Assembly (NCBI GenBank): GCA_963762565.1
Contig: CAVXLD010000005.1
Span: 480,001 to 544,000, forward strand
Length of the DNA: 64,000 nt
Reading direction: 5' to 3'
DNA from: an uncultured Verrucomicrobiae bacterium
GTDB lineage: Bacteria > Verrucomicrobiota > Verrucomicrobiia > Chthoniobacterales > JAFAMB01
The notes below the pieces were generated by a model. The model was not told the DNA's origin and did not search any database. It was given only the letters and a program-made list of their open reading frames with translations. Numbering within the stretch: position 1 is the stretch's first letter; each line of letters starts with the position of its first letter. Made by a program: the position numbers and the translations under genes. This document shows positions 30,600 to 42,279 of this stretch, piece after piece.

Positions 30600-30680
30600 T
30601 CTCGATTCTACGCGGTTCTCTCAAAAGCTGCTCAAGGTAGCCTAGCGTTAAATCCACGCCGATCGAAGTACCGGGAACCG
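30600..30680 (+). ncRNA. Candidate structured leader RNA, copy 1 (groES leader)
   Basis: Repeated at 35879-35959 with pairings retained. Confidence 0.45.
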
Positions 30681-30762
30681 GAACAGCGCAAATCCGCGAA
30701 GGTGTTCGAATTAGCAGAAAGCATTGAAACGGCGTTCTTACGCCTGGAAGGCCCACATATAT

Positions 30763-31056
30763 ATGGAAATCAAAGTAAAACCTCTCGGCGATCGCGTGCT
30801 GATTCAGCCGCTCGAAGAGAAGGAACTCAATAAGGGAGGCATCATCATTCCTGACACGGCGAAAGAGAAGCCTCAGGAAGGCGCGGTCGTCGCTGTCGGC
30901 ACCGGCAAGCTCGACGACAACGGTAAACGGATCGAATTCAACGTCAAAGTCGGCGATAAAGTCCTAATTTCTAAGTACGGCGGTACCGAAATTAAGATCG
31001 ACGGTGAGAACTACCTCATCATGCGCGAGGACGATGTCCTAGGAATCATTGGATAA
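30763..31056 (+). CDS. groES: Co-chaperonin GroES
   Basis: KPLGDRVL...[20 protein letters not shown]. Confidence 0.97.
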   Translation: MEIKVKPLGDRVLIQPLEEKELNKGGIIIPDTAKEKPQEGAVVAVGTGKLDDNGKRIEFNVKVGDKVLISKYGGTEIKIDGENYLIMREDDVLGIIG

Positions 31057-31082
31057 CCCCGAATTTTTAAAACGTAAATTAG

Positions 31083-32720
<1,638 letters not shown>

Positions 32721-32764
32721 GCTGCACCATTGCAAGCTCTGTCCCGGTTTTCCGACGGGAATGT

Positions 32765-32801
32765 GTACGCTTTTAGACGCTTAACGCTTCTAAAAGCGTA
32801 T
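32765..32801. promoter_or_regulatory. Symmetric version of the 37-bp box; possibly also a hairpin after groEL
   Basis: TACGCTTTTAGA-N11-TCTAAAAGCGTA. Confidence 0.55.
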
Positions 32802-32879
32802 TGTCGTTTCGTTTTCTCCTTTAGGTAAGATCTTTATCCCTGGCTGTGCCTTAGAGCTACCGGCGCCGTTGACCGAATC

Positions 32880-33010
32880 GATCATACCGTCCCGCTGGGA
32901 CGGGGCGCATCTTTATACCCATCCCAGGCAGTAAACTGCCTTGGGCTACCATCATTTAGTCCCCGCCCGCAACGCTTCGCGTAGCGATGCGGGCCGGGCC
33001 TACGGGACAA
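32880..33010. repeat. Cluster of GC-rich palindromes (REP/MITE-like)
   Basis: CCGTCCC-GCT-GGGACGG, CCCAGGCAGT-AA-ACTGCCTTGGG, GCCCGCAACGCT...AGCGATGCGGGC. Confidence 0.6.
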
Positions 33011-33230
33011 ACAGCTTCGCCGCTGATTCGCAACCCAGCAAACACGGGGTTTTTCAACAGCCCGCTCTAGGGTTACGGTACGTGCTCGGCCCTGGGAACG
33101 GCGGATCGCGGGGACGCGATCCCTCCCGGCGCTGGGCGTAACCCAGATGCCGCGCGAAAAAGTAAAAACAAAACTTGTGCGCTCGGAAAACACAGCGCGA
33201 CAATACAGCGATAGAAAGGAAATAGATTTA

Positions 33231-34865
33231 ATGTTCGGGCCAAGAACACTCTTTGACAAAGTTTGGGAACAGCACATGATCGCCGAGCCTGAAGGCGAGC
33301 CCACCCTCATTTACATCGATTTGCACCTGGTGCACGAAGTCACCAGCCCACAGGCCTTTGACGGCCTGCGCATGACGGGGCGCAAGCTGCGCCGTCCTGA
33401 TCGCCACCTTGCAACGGTGGATCACAATGTGCCTACGACCAGCGCGCAAGATCGGCTCTTCATTGCAGACCAGATTTCGGCCGCCCAGGTCAACGCCCTT
33501 CGGAAGAACTGCGCTGAGTTCGGCGTGGAGTTTTTCGATGTGCAGGATAGATCCCAAGGGATTGTCCACATGATCGGGCCCGAGTTGGGAGCGACCAAAC
33601 CCGGTATGACCATTGTCTGCGGCGACTCCCACACTTCCACCCATGGAGCCTTCGGTGCTCTTGCATTCGGCATCGGCACCAGCGAGGTCGAGCACGTCAT
33701 GGCCACCCAGACTCTTTCGCAGGATAAGCCAAAGACTTTCCGTATCACGGTCAATGGTGACCTTCCGTTCGGTGTCGCCGCTAAGGACATCATCCTGGAG
33801 ATCATCGGTCAGATTGGCACCGACGGAGCTGCAGGCTATGTCGTTGAGTATGCAGGCTCAACTATCCGCGCCCTCTCCATGGAAGGTCGCATGACCATCT
33901 GCAACATGAGTATCGAGGCCGGTGCACGCGCCGGTATGATTGCTCCGGACGAGACCACGTTCACCTACCTCCGGGGTCGTCGTTTCTCGCCCAAGGATGG
34001 AGCGTGGGAGGAGGCACTCGCCTACTGGCGCACGCTCCCTTCCGATCCGGGCGCTACCTACGACCGCGAACTGAATATCGACGCAACCGTGCTGGCACCA
34101 CGTGTCACTTGGGGCACTTCCCCCGGCATGGTCACATCCATTGAGGCGAGGGTTCCGTCCATCGAAGACGCAAGGAACGAAGCTGAGCGCAGGTCCTTTG
34201 AACGCGCCCTTGAGTACATGGACCTCAAGCCCGGTATGGCGATGGAGGAAATCAAGGTCGACGCCGTCTTCCTGGGCTCCTGTACCAACGCCCGAATCGA
34301 AGATCTCCGCGCCGCCGCCGCCGTCGTCCGCGGCAACCACATCGCCACCACGGTGCGCGCCATGGTGGTTCCTGGTTCCCAGGCGGTTAAACGCCAAGCA
34401 GAAGAGGAAGGTCTCGACGCCGTCTTCAAAGCTGCCGGCTTCGAATGGCGAGAGCCCGGATGCAGTATGTGCCTTGGCATGAACCCGGACATCCTTGCAC
34501 CCGGCGAGCGTTGCGCGAGCACATCCAATCGCAACTTCGAGGGCCGCCAAGGGCGCGGCGGCAGAACCCATCTCGTCTCTCCGGAAATGGCCGCAGCCGC
34601 AGCGCTCACCGGTCACCTCACTGACATTCGCAAGTGGAAGCGGAGCCATCGCAACCGGAACTTGCGCAAGGAGGACCACGCTAATGCAGCCTATCAACAT
34701 CATCCGCTCCAAAGCCGTCCCGCTGCCGCTGCCCAATATCGATACGGACCAGATAATCCCGAAGCAGTTTCTCAAGCGCATCGAGCGCACCGGCTATGGC
34801 GACTTTCTCTTCTTCGACTGGCGCCGCATTCAGGAAGGGCCCCACACAGGCGAGCCCAATCCTGA
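33231..34865 (+). CDS. leuC: 3-isopropylmalate dehydratase large subunit (stop apparently lost near 34684)
   Basis: [54 protein letters not shown]. Confidence 0.93.
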   Translation: MFGPRTLFDKVWEQHMIAEPEGEPTLIYIDLHLVHEVTSPQAFDGLRMTGRKLRRPDRHLATVDHNVPTTSAQDRLFIADQISAAQVNALRKNCAEFGVEFFDVQDRSQGIVHMIGPELGATKPGMTIVCGDSHTSTHGAFGALAFGIGTSEVEHVMATQTLSQDKPKTFRITVNGDLPFGVAAKDIILEIIGQIGTDGAAGYVVEYAGSTIRALSMEGRMTICNMSIEAGARAGMIAPDETTFTYLRGRRFSPKDGAWEEALAYWRTLPSDPGATYDRELNIDATVLAPRVTWGTSPGMVTSIEARVPSIEDARNEAERRSFERALEYMDLKPGMAMEEIKVDAVFLGSCTNARIEDLRAAAAVVRGNHIATTVRAMVVPGSQAVKRQAEEEGLDAVFKAAGFEWREPGCSMCLGMNPDILAPGERCASTSNRNFEGRQGRGGRTHLVSPEMAAAAALTGHLTDIRKWKRSHRNRNLRKEDHANAAYQHHPLQSRPAAAAQYRYGPDNPEAVSQAHRAHRLWRLSLLRLAPHSGRAPHRRAQS

Positions 34866-35319
34866 CTTCGTTCTCAACCGGCCGGAGTACCAGGGCGCCG
34901 AGATCCTCATCGCAGAGAAGAACTTCGCCTGCGGGTCCTCTCGCGAGCACGCGGCCTGGGCTCTGCGTCAGTATGGTTTCCTCGTGGTCATCGCACCAAC
35001 TTTTGCCGATATCTTCTCCTCCAATGCCGGTAAGAATGGCATTGTCCTCGTCCGCCTCTCGGAAGAACAGGTGCAGACACTGATTTCCCGCTCAACCGCT
35101 AAACCAGAGCGTCAGCTGACTGTTAGTCTCGAGGATCAGATCGTCACCGACACCGATGGGTTTAGCGCCCACTTCGACATTGATCCCTTCCGCAAATATT
35201 GTCTGCTGAACGGCCTCGACGACATCGGTCTTACCTTACGGCACGAGCACGAACTCGACACCTTTGAATCGAAGCACGATAAAGACTTTTGGTTCCTACC
35301 GAAAACAGGAAACGGATAG
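34684..35319 (+). CDS. leuD: 3-isopropylmalate dehydratase small subunit
   Basis: [48 protein letters not shown]. Confidence 0.95.
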   Translation: MQPINIIRSKAVPLPLPNIDTDQIIPKQFLKRIERTGYGDFLFFDWRRIQEGPHTGEPNPDFVLNRPEYQGAEILIAEKNFACGSSREHAAWALRQYGFLVVIAPTFADIFSSNAGKNGIVLVRLSEEQVQTLISRSTAKPERQLTVSLEDQIVTDTDGFSAHFDIDPFRKYCLLNGLDDIGLTLRHEHELDTFESKHDKDFWFLPKTGNG

Positions 35320-35323
35320 GCGC

Positions 35324-35551
35324 TTACTGAATCGTCCAGAGCGGAAACGGTTGCCCTGCTTTTAGGTGAGGATCTTCGTCGTAAACAAGATCAATCACAC
35401 CGTTGTGCGTGAAACCCGTGAACGGTTTGTTTTCTCCGAACTTTAAGGTGTAGAATGAGCCTCGATACCTCGGAAACCCGATTCGAACGATTACACGATA
35501 CCGGCCGCCTAGGTTATCGACAGCGACGACTTTTGCACCAATGGCGGTCAT
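35324..35551 (-). CDS. Hypothetical small beta-rich protein
   Basis: Compact ORF preceded by a box. Confidence 0.55.
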   Translation of the reverse strand: MTAIGAKVVAVDNLGGRYRVIVRIGFPRYRGSFYTLKFGENKPFTGFTHNGVIDLVYDEDPHLKAGQPFPLWTIQ

Positions 35552-35641
35552 TTTTGATACTTCTAGGTCGTAGCCTCAGTCGAGTGAGGGATCCGGCATA
35601 GGAGTCACGGTGAGTCTCACCCGGTGCAATCGCTAGCACGC

Positions 35642-35678
35642 ATACTCTTTTTGACGCGTTACCGTTGTCTTTGCGTAT
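35642..35678 (-). promoter_or_regulatory. 37-bp box (ATAC-N29-GTAT)
   Basis: Reverse complement reads ATACgcaaagaCAACggtaacgCGTCaaaaagaGTAT. Confidence 0.7.
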
Positions 35679-35878
35679 GACAAAAGCTGTCAGGAACAAA
35701 AAACTAGATCCCCCTGGTAACGCTTCGCTTGATGAGCTTCTGGGCTCAGTCAGTTAGTCGTCCAAAGCGGCAGGAGAGAGAGTCGGGGACACTCGCCTCT
35801 GACGCCGGCGAAGTCGAGCCCGATTCGATAGTTGGCGACGGTTGGCTGAAAACGTGCTAGATTCGGTCAGTTCTAGAA

Positions 35879-35959
35879 TCTCGATTCTACGCGGTTCTCT
35901 TAAAAGCTGCACACGTGGCCAAGCGTTAAATCCACGCCGATCGAAATCCTCGGGAACCG
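35879..35959 (+). ncRNA. Candidate structured leader RNA, copy 2
   Basis: Paralog of 30600-30680; directly precedes the GAGG RBS and ATG 35976. Confidence 0.45.
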
Positions 35960-35975
35960 AAAGAGAGGAAACTAT

Positions 35976-36200
35976 ATGATAGCAAGGCAGAGAGGAGAGG
36001 GTGCGCATCTGTTAGATGCGTTATGGCTCCGTACGTTAGGTGACCTTCCCAATCTCAGAAGGCTCGGCTTTCAGTGCCGGAGCATCGGCCAGAAGATTGC
36101 GGAACACGAGATTTCGGAAATGATTCAGTATTTAGAAGAGAGCAAGACAAAAAGAAAAAATGACAGGAGCTGGGAAGCCAGTGTCCTGTCCGGTAAATAA
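35976..36200 (+). CDS. Hypothetical protein (possibly degenerate)
   Basis: ATG with AGAGGA RBS. Confidence 0.35.
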   Translation: MIARQRGEGAHLLDALWLRTLGDLPNLRRLGFQCRSIGQKIAEHEISEMIQYLEESKTKRKNDRSWEASVLSGK

Positions 36201-36315
36201 CATAGCTTTAGTCGGGCCACTGCCGGATCAGTTGGTACCGCGGCTGTCGGACCCAGCGCTCGCGCGGGGATCCCGACGTCGCCAGGCTTTGAGGGTGGTT
36301 AGCGCTCGAACAAGG

Positions 36316-36528
36316 CTATCGTATGTTTTTTCGCTTCGATTTCAGCGACATAGTGAGAAGGACCCCAAGCGCGAATCCAGCTGCGGCGGAGATGAAAATC
36401 AAAACGGCGTGGGGCATTGCGACGGTTGTATTCAGTAGATGCGTTTCTACCGGCTCCGTGTTTTGGATGACGAGGATTGCTACCAAAATGGCCAAGACTG
36501 ATGCAGCGATGATCTTTAGGTTGCGCAT
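36316..36528 (-). CDS. LapA/DUF1049-like small membrane protein, copy 2
   Basis: Paralog of 17461-17673. Confidence 0.8.
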   Translation of the reverse strand: MRNLKIIAASVLAILVAILVIQNTEPVETHLLNTTVAMPHAVLIFISAAAGFALGVLLTMSLKSKRKNIR

Positions 36529-36726
36529 GGGGTTATGATCGATGACTTGAAGCGACCGCGCCAAACGGAAAAATTGTAACCTTGGAGTTCCATAGCAACC
36601 CTTACTCCGAATTACGTCACCGGCATAGCCATAGCGATGGGTGCCGGTCTCTGCTTCGGTACGATCGCACAAGCAGATGATCTTCAATCTACTGCTCGGC
36701 TGGCCCGCCCGAGAGTGTTCTTCGTC

Positions 36727-36763
36727 AGACTCAAAGGCAACAGTAACTCATCGATAACAGTAT
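36727..36763 (+). promoter_or_regulatory. 37-bp box (AGAC-N29-GTAT)
   Basis: Duplicate of 26272-26308. Confidence 0.65.
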
Positions 36764-36798
36764 AGGAGAAGTTGACGCAGCGGGTCGACCCTAGCTGT

Positions 36799-36945
36799 GT
36801 GCTTTGGACAATAGCCATTATTTTAATTGTGCTCTGGGCCTTAGGCCTATTCACTCACGTTGCAGGCGGACTGATTCACGTACTCTTAGTCATCGCCATC
36901 ATTGTGATCGTGGTCAACCTGGTCCGCGGGCGTCGAATACTGTGA
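36799..36945 (+). CDS. lmo0937/DUF5670-family membrane protein, copy 2 (GTG start)
   Basis: Paralog of 26361-26507 with a shortened leader. Confidence 0.75.
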   Translation: MLWTIAIILIVLWALGLFTHVAGGLIHVLLVIAIIVIVVNLVRGRRIL

Positions 36946-37022
36946 CTGATTGAACTGCGCGCTTCTACATCTTCCAAGCTTGGAGGCGGCAGTGAACCTG
37001 ATCCTCGGAGATCCGGTAGTCG

Positions 37023-38843
37023 ATGCCAAACAACTTAGTGTCTGAAAAGCCGATCGAACTGGGGAGGTTAATCCAGGTAGCATACCTGGTTGTCATTCTC
37101 TCGGCCTTGGCTTGGGCCAAGGAGCTATTGCTGCCCCTAATTCTAGCAATTCTGATCAGCTTTTTGTTAGCGCCCGTTGTGTCTCGCCTGGAACGTTGGA
37201 GGTTTCCTCGCGCAGTGGCCGTTCTTAGCGTCGTCGCCATTGGCTTCGCCCTGATCGGAGGCCTCTGCTCGACGCTTTCATTAGAGGGTCTGGATCTGGT
37301 TAACTCTCTGCCCAAGTACCGAGATAATATTCATGCCAGATGGGCGGCCATTCAGCGGGGGCCGCCTGGCCCACTCAATCTGGCACTTAGCAATGTTAAC
37401 GCGCTGATTACCGATCTAGGTAAAGTGACGGCATCCAAAGGCGTTCAACAGCCGGAGGTAACCAAGGTTCAGATTGTTAGCGGTGCCGACAATGTCCTTG
37501 CAATTGTGAAGAATAGCTTGACGCCGGTGGCGGGTCCGATCGGAGAATTCGCTTTGATCGTCGTGCTCGTGGTTTTTATGCTTTTAGAGCGAAACCGACT
37601 CCGCCTTCGGTTTCTTCGTTTGATTGGACACTCGCGGGTGGCGACGACCAACCTGGCTGTGGATGAGGTCGGATCCAAACTAAGCCGTTTTCTATTGGGT
37701 CAGTTGCTGGTGAACACTGGATATGCCTTGCTGCTTGGGCTTGGGCTTTTTCTGATCGGTATACCGAACGCGCTGCTCTGGGCAGTTCTGACGCTGATAT
37801 TGCGGTTTTTGCCTTACGTCGGTCTCTGGATATCTGCGTTTTTTCCTTTGCTATTATCTATTGCCATTTCCACAGGCTGGAAGGAGCCGATACTGACTCT
37901 GGCTCTCTATGGGTCTCTGGAAGTACTGACTAACAATTTTGTAGAACCTTTTGTCTTAGGCCATAGCACCGGAATGTCACCACTGGCCATAATCGTATCC
38001 GCCTTATTCTGGACGTGGCTTTGGGGGCCGATCGGTTTGTTGCTCGCCACACCCCTCACCGCTTGCCTGGTAGTGTTAGGTCGCTATTTTCCGGCATTCA
38101 ATGTCTGCAGTGTCTTGTTAGCGGCAGAGCCACCCTCCTCATCGGAAACACAATTCATTCTTCTCCTTACGGAAAACCGCCTTTCAGAGGCCAAAGCACT
38201 CCTGCAGGCATTGGGAGGGATGCAACTTTCAGTAGGAATCGCCGAAGGACTCATTTTGCCGACGCTCCGGGCGATTGAAAACGATCTCTATCCGAGAACT
38301 AATGAAACAAAATCTCGGATTTATGCGCAGCTGCGCGAACTGATTGAGGAAATGAGTGTCGAGGGCTCAACGGAATTGGAGCCGGCGCCGGAGCCATCAA
38401 CGCCTAAGCAGTCCGGAACGGCGATTGTGCCGTTCATGGGCGAAGGTGACGAAATTGTGGGGAGAGTTATCGCGCGCTTGCTGGCTGCTAAAGGGATCGA
38501 CTCGGATTTGTTATCCTGGCGAACTCTTCGGGCGGAGAAGGTGGAACGTCTGAAGGAATTAAGACCCCTTTGGATTTTGCTCTCCGCGATTGAGTCAAGA
38601 TCGGTACTTACTGTTGGTAGAATGGCGAGTTCCATTAAGCGTGAGCTACCCGATGCTCTGATTCTTGTCGGCCTTTGGAGCCTGCCAACTGAAGGCGCCG
38701 CGCGATGGGTAAAAAGAATCAAGAGGTCTTCCGGAAGCACTCTTTACACGAATATCGATCAGACAGTTGAAGGGATTGCTTCCCGCGTTCCTCAAGTGAG
38801 TGATAAGCTCCCGATCGGCCCGGAAAACACGACACAAGAGTGA
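37023..38843 (+). CDS. AI-2E family transporter with C-terminal cytoplasmic domains
   Basis: PLILAILISFLL.P.V..LER, LRFLPYVG, NNFVEP...G.SP, WLWGPIGLLLATPLT. Confidence 0.88.
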   Translation: MPNNLVSEKPIELGRLIQVAYLVVILSALAWAKELLLPLILAILISFLLAPVVSRLERWRFPRAVAVLSVVAIGFALIGGLCSTLSLEGLDLVNSLPKYRDNIHARWAAIQRGPPGPLNLALSNVNALITDLGKVTASKGVQQPEVTKVQIVSGADNVLAIVKNSLTPVAGPIGEFALIVVLVVFMLLERNRLRLRFLRLIGHSRVATTNLAVDEVGSKLSRFLLGQLLVNTGYALLLGLGLFLIGIPNALLWAVLTLILRFLPYVGLWISAFFPLLLSIAISTGWKEPILTLALYGSLEVLTNNFVEPFVLGHSTGMSPLAIIVSALFWTWLWGPIGLLLATPLTACLVVLGRYFPAFNVCSVLLAAEPPSSSETQFILLLTENRLSEAKALLQALGGMQLSVGIAEGLILPTLRAIENDLYPRTNETKSRIYAQLRELIEEMSVEGSTELEPAPEPSTPKQSGTAIVPFMGEGDEIVGRVIARLLAAKGIDSDLLSWRTLRAEKVERLKELRPLWILLSAIESRSVLTVGRMASSIKRELPDALILVGLWSLPTEGAARWVKRIKRSSGSTLYTNIDQTVEGIASRVPQVSDKLPIGPENTTQE

Positions 38844-38879
38844 TCGAATTTCACTCGGCTAAGAGATTTTGGATTGGAT

Positions 38880-38946
38880 CATCGCTTTTTGTTCTCGGGC
38901 GATATCTTCGAGCGTGACAATACCGACCATTCGCTTTTCACGAGTT
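38880..38946 (-). pseudogene. Remnant of the CBS gene 3' end
   Basis: Near-identical to 26880-26946 (TRE.RMVG.VTLEDIAREQK). Confidence 0.8.
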
Positions 38947-39066
38947 CGATTGCTTTCCGTTATTAACAAGGTATGATCCGTATGAGGATCTTTCTGTTGC
39001 TCGGGTGATTCAGGGAATTCTGGACGAAGCGATGGCCTAAGCTCGGGCGGACAGGCCTGAGCACTA

Positions 39067-39969
39067 ATGAAACTTCGCCACCTGGAATACTTTGTCGCTG
39101 CTGCTGAAGAGCTGAATTTTACCCACGCGGCCGGTCGACTACACGTGTCGCAACCTCCCTTCAGCAAACAAATCCAGGATCTCGAGGGCGAGCTCGGAGT
39201 CAACCTGTTCCAGCGAGAACGCAAGGGGGTGGCGCTCACCGCGGCTGGAAAAGCATTTTTGATTGACGCGCGCGGGATCTTGGAATCCTGCGATCTGGCA
39301 GTGAAAAAAGCCCAACGCATCAATCGAGGAGAGCTGGGAGAGTTGACGGTCGGTCATATGGCGGCTCTGACCTATGATTTTCTCGGGCAAACCCTTGAGC
39401 GTTGGCAGAAGGTTTCGCCCGGAATCGTCGTTGACTGTGTAGAGATGGACCCGGAAACCCAAGAACGTGCGCTGCTAGACGGGCGCATCGCGGTGGGCAT
39501 CTTAGTCCTACTCAGCGATCGGCCGATCCTAGAATTGTTGAGAGTTCAGCAGCTGGTCCAGCATCCAGTCACGGTCGCATTGCCAAAATCCCACCCGCAA
39601 GCGGTCCTGCCGGACATCCCTTTGCCGGTCCTCAAAGAGGAACCTTTCATTGGGTTAAATAGAATGTACCCCGCGTACGGCAGTTGGCTGCAGACCGTCT
39701 GCCAACAAGGAGGGTTCAAACCACGCATTGTGAGGGAAGCAGACGGGGCGGCCAGTGCGCTCGCTATGGTTGCGGCTGGCTTTGGTGTCGCCTTGGTCAG
39801 CGAGCCAATCAAAAAGTTTCCGGCTAGACAGGTTGTTTTTAAAGATCTGGTGGCGCCAAAACCTGTAAAAATACCGCTCGGGGCTGTGTGGAAGAAAAAC
39901 GGGCTCTATTCAGAAGTCGTCTCTAAGTTCGTGGCCACTTTGAGCCAAGTCTGCGCCGCGATTGCCTGA
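39067..39969 (+). CDS. LysR family regulator (BenM/CatR/HcaR-like HTH)
   Basis: MKLRHLEYFVAAAEELNFTHAA.RLHVSQPPFSKQIQDLE.ELGV.LF.R...V.LT.AG. Confidence 0.95.
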   Translation: MKLRHLEYFVAAAEELNFTHAAGRLHVSQPPFSKQIQDLEGELGVNLFQRERKGVALTAAGKAFLIDARGILESCDLAVKKAQRINRGELGELTVGHMAALTYDFLGQTLERWQKVSPGIVVDCVEMDPETQERALLDGRIAVGILVLLSDRPILELLRVQQLVQHPVTVALPKSHPQAVLPDIPLPVLKEEPFIGLNRMYPAYGSWLQTVCQQGGFKPRIVREADGAASALAMVAAGFGVALVSEPIKKFPARQVVFKDLVAPKPVKIPLGAVWKKNGLYSEVVSKFVATLSQVCAAIA

Positions 39970-40065
39970 GTGGAACAGGTTCAGGGCGGGTATGGCTGAT
40001 TCACCTCCGTCTGCGCGGGTTAGATCTTTCCGATTCTGGTTTCGGTCGGGTGCTCGACTTTTGCC

Positions 40066-40102
40066 ATACGCTAAAGCCACAGCAACGCTTCGAGAGCGGT
40101 AT
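40066..40102 (+). promoter_or_regulatory. 37-bp box (ATAC-N29-GTAT) upstream of the PRC-barrel gene
   Basis: ATACgctaaagCCACagcaacgCTTCgagagcgGTATaggaga. Confidence 0.7.
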
Positions 40103-40201
40103 AGGAGATGCGCATGAATGAGGGCGAGGTTCATAATGCCGGGCAACCGATAGCGGCACTCGGATCTATCTCCGAACTGATTCTCAGCCAAAGGCACATC
40201 T

Positions 40202-40921
40202 ATGTTACGAAGCGTTAAACAGCTCTACGGGAAAGCACTCGGCACGGCTGAAGGTGAAATCGGCCATGTGAAGGACTTCTATTTTAATGATCAACACTGG
40301 GTGGTTCGGTATGTCATCGCGAACACGGGTTCCTGCCTATCAGGGCGAACAGTGCTGATCTCTCCCCATGCCTTCGGTGACTTTCATCAGGACGGCGATT
40401 GCCTGCTCGTTAATCTGACTCGAGAACAGATTAAAAACAGCCCGGCCATTGATTCGCACAAGCCAGTCTCGCGACAATATGAAGAGGAGTATTACCGTTA
40501 TTATGGATGGCCGTTCTACTGGGAGGGATGCGGCATGTGGGGCGCGGGCGGGGCTCCATCGAGCTATCTAATGCCGCGTGAGGAAGAAATCGGCGGTAAC
40601 GACCACGATCGCGACGATCCTCATCTGCGAAGCACACAAGCTCTTAGCGGCTACCACATCGAAACCAGCGAAGGAGCGATTGGTCGCGTCACTGATTTTA
40701 TGATGGATGAGAAGAGCTGGGAGATTCGGCACCTGGTCGTCGAGACCGGCCATTGGTTTTCCGGCAAAGAGATCGCAATCTCACCGAAACAGATTGACCG
40801 CATCAGCTTCGAAGAATCCAAGGTGTTTGTGAAGGTAACCAAGGAAGCCATCCTGGAATCACCGGAGTACCACGTACCCCGGCTGGCCGCCGCGTATCAC
40901 GATACGCGAAATTTCGATTAA
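40202..40921 (+). CDS. Double PRC-barrel protein
   Basis: GEIGHVKDFYF.D..WVVRY.I; HLRS...GYHI...G.IG.V.DF..DE.SWEIRHLVV. Confidence 0.85.
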   Translation: MLRSVKQLYGKALGTAEGEIGHVKDFYFNDQHWVVRYVIANTGSCLSGRTVLISPHAFGDFHQDGDCLLVNLTREQIKNSPAIDSHKPVSRQYEEEYYRYYGWPFYWEGCGMWGAGGAPSSYLMPREEEIGGNDHDRDDPHLRSTQALSGYHIETSEGAIGRVTDFMMDEKSWEIRHLVVETGHWFSGKEIAISPKQIDRISFEESKVFVKVTKEAILESPEYHVPRLAAAYHDTRNFD

Positions 40922-40967
40922 GCAATTCTAACAGACTAAGCATCGGACCGGGCGATCAGATTCTCCT

Positions 40968-41074
40968 ATACTGTTGTCGACGCGTTACCGTTTCGTTTAA
41001 GTGTGGGAAAGAACTGTTCGTCGGCCGGATTGTCAGCATACCAAAGAGCAATCAGAACACTTCGAAAAGGGTAT
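40968..41074. promoter_or_regulatory. Two back-to-back 37-bp boxes (40968-41004 minus, 41038-41074 plus)
   Basis: ATAC-N29-GTGT and ATAC-N29-GTAT. Confidence 0.65.
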
Positions 41075-41275
41075 AAGAGAAGCTCAAGACTCGGAGTAGG
41101 TTTTGTTGCGCATTTGGGCGGGGACAAGTGGGACTTAGGCAAGGCTCGCGCAGCGAACTCTTCGCTAACGAGGGGAAAGACTTTGCTCGCGACGGAGGTT
41201 TACCTCGCTCGGAGCAGATGAACGCTGGTGCTGCGCAACAAAACAGCTCCGATCGAGGGGCAAACTACGGAGATA

Positions 41276-42205
41276 ATGGAAGTGAACCAAAACAGGCCTC
41301 TTACAACGCTAATCTTTATTGTTATTGTGGGCGTCGGCGCAGCATTGGCCTACGCCATGCACATAATCGGCGCCGACTTGGGAGCCGCCGGGATTGGATT
41401 CGGCGCTCTTATACTGGCCCTGGTCGCTGCTTCCGCGATTCGGGTTGCTAATCAATGGGATAGGGCCGTGATATTGCGTCTGGGCAAATTCCACTCACTT
41501 AAGGGGCCGGGACTGTTCTTTATGATTCCCGTCGTCGATGTGATTCCTTATCGGATCGACACGCGTGTCATCACGACTGGTTTCAAGGCGGAAAAGACTC
41601 TGACCAAGGACACGGTGCCAGTGGACGTCGACGCCGTGCTGTTTTGGAAAGTGTTGGACCCAAAGAAGGCGGCGCTGGATGTAGCAGACTATCAAAGCGC
41701 GATAAGTTGGGCCTCCCAAACCGCCCTGCGCGATGTGATCGGTAAGACAATGCTTTCGGACATGCTGGAAGGTCGGGACAAAATTAGCGGCGTGTTGCAG
41801 AAGATCATTGATGAGCGCACCGAACCATGGGGCATCAATGTGATTTCAGTTGAGGTGAAGGATGTCTTGATCCCCTCAGCCTTGGAGAATGCGATGTCGA
41901 TGCAGGCCCAAGCGGAAAGAGAGCGTCAGGCCCGAGTGATTCTGGGTGACTCAGAGCGACAGGTGGCGGAGAAGTTTGCCGAAGCTGGCAAGACCTACGA
42001 ACACAATCCGGTGGCCTTCCATTTGCGGGCCATGAACATGCTTTATGAGGGTTTGAAGCAGAATTCCACGATCGTAATCGTTCCAAGTACCGCCGTAGAA
42101 AGCATGCAACTCGGGGGGCTTGCCGGGTTAACCGCGCTGACCATGGGATTAGGCCAGGAACGCGCCAACGGACAGAAGGAAGCCGAACTCAAGAGAGAAA
42201 CATGA
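41276..42205 (+). CDS. SPFH/stomatin (slipin) family protein
   Basis: GPGLFF.IP, TLTKDTVPVDVDAV, QTALRDVIG, QAQAERERQAR. Confidence 0.9.
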   Translation: MEVNQNRPLTTLIFIVIVGVGAALAYAMHIIGADLGAAGIGFGALILALVAASAIRVANQWDRAVILRLGKFHSLKGPGLFFMIPVVDVIPYRIDTRVITTGFKAEKTLTKDTVPVDVDAVLFWKVLDPKKAALDVADYQSAISWASQTALRDVIGKTMLSDMLEGRDKISGVLQKIIDERTEPWGINVISVEVKDVLIPSALENAMSMQAQAERERQARVILGDSERQVAEKFAEAGKTYEHNPVAFHLRAMNMLYEGLKQNSTIVIVPSTAVESMQLGGLAGLTALTMGLGQERANGQKEAELKRET

Positions 42206-42279
42206 TCTAAACGGATATCTGTGAAATTAACTTTCAATACTAACCAAAGACGGATTGCAGAATGAGGAAGGATTGATCC

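Noticed and set aside
30540..30762. CIRCE element for groESL
   Set aside because: No TTAGCACTC-N9-GAGTGCTAA found.
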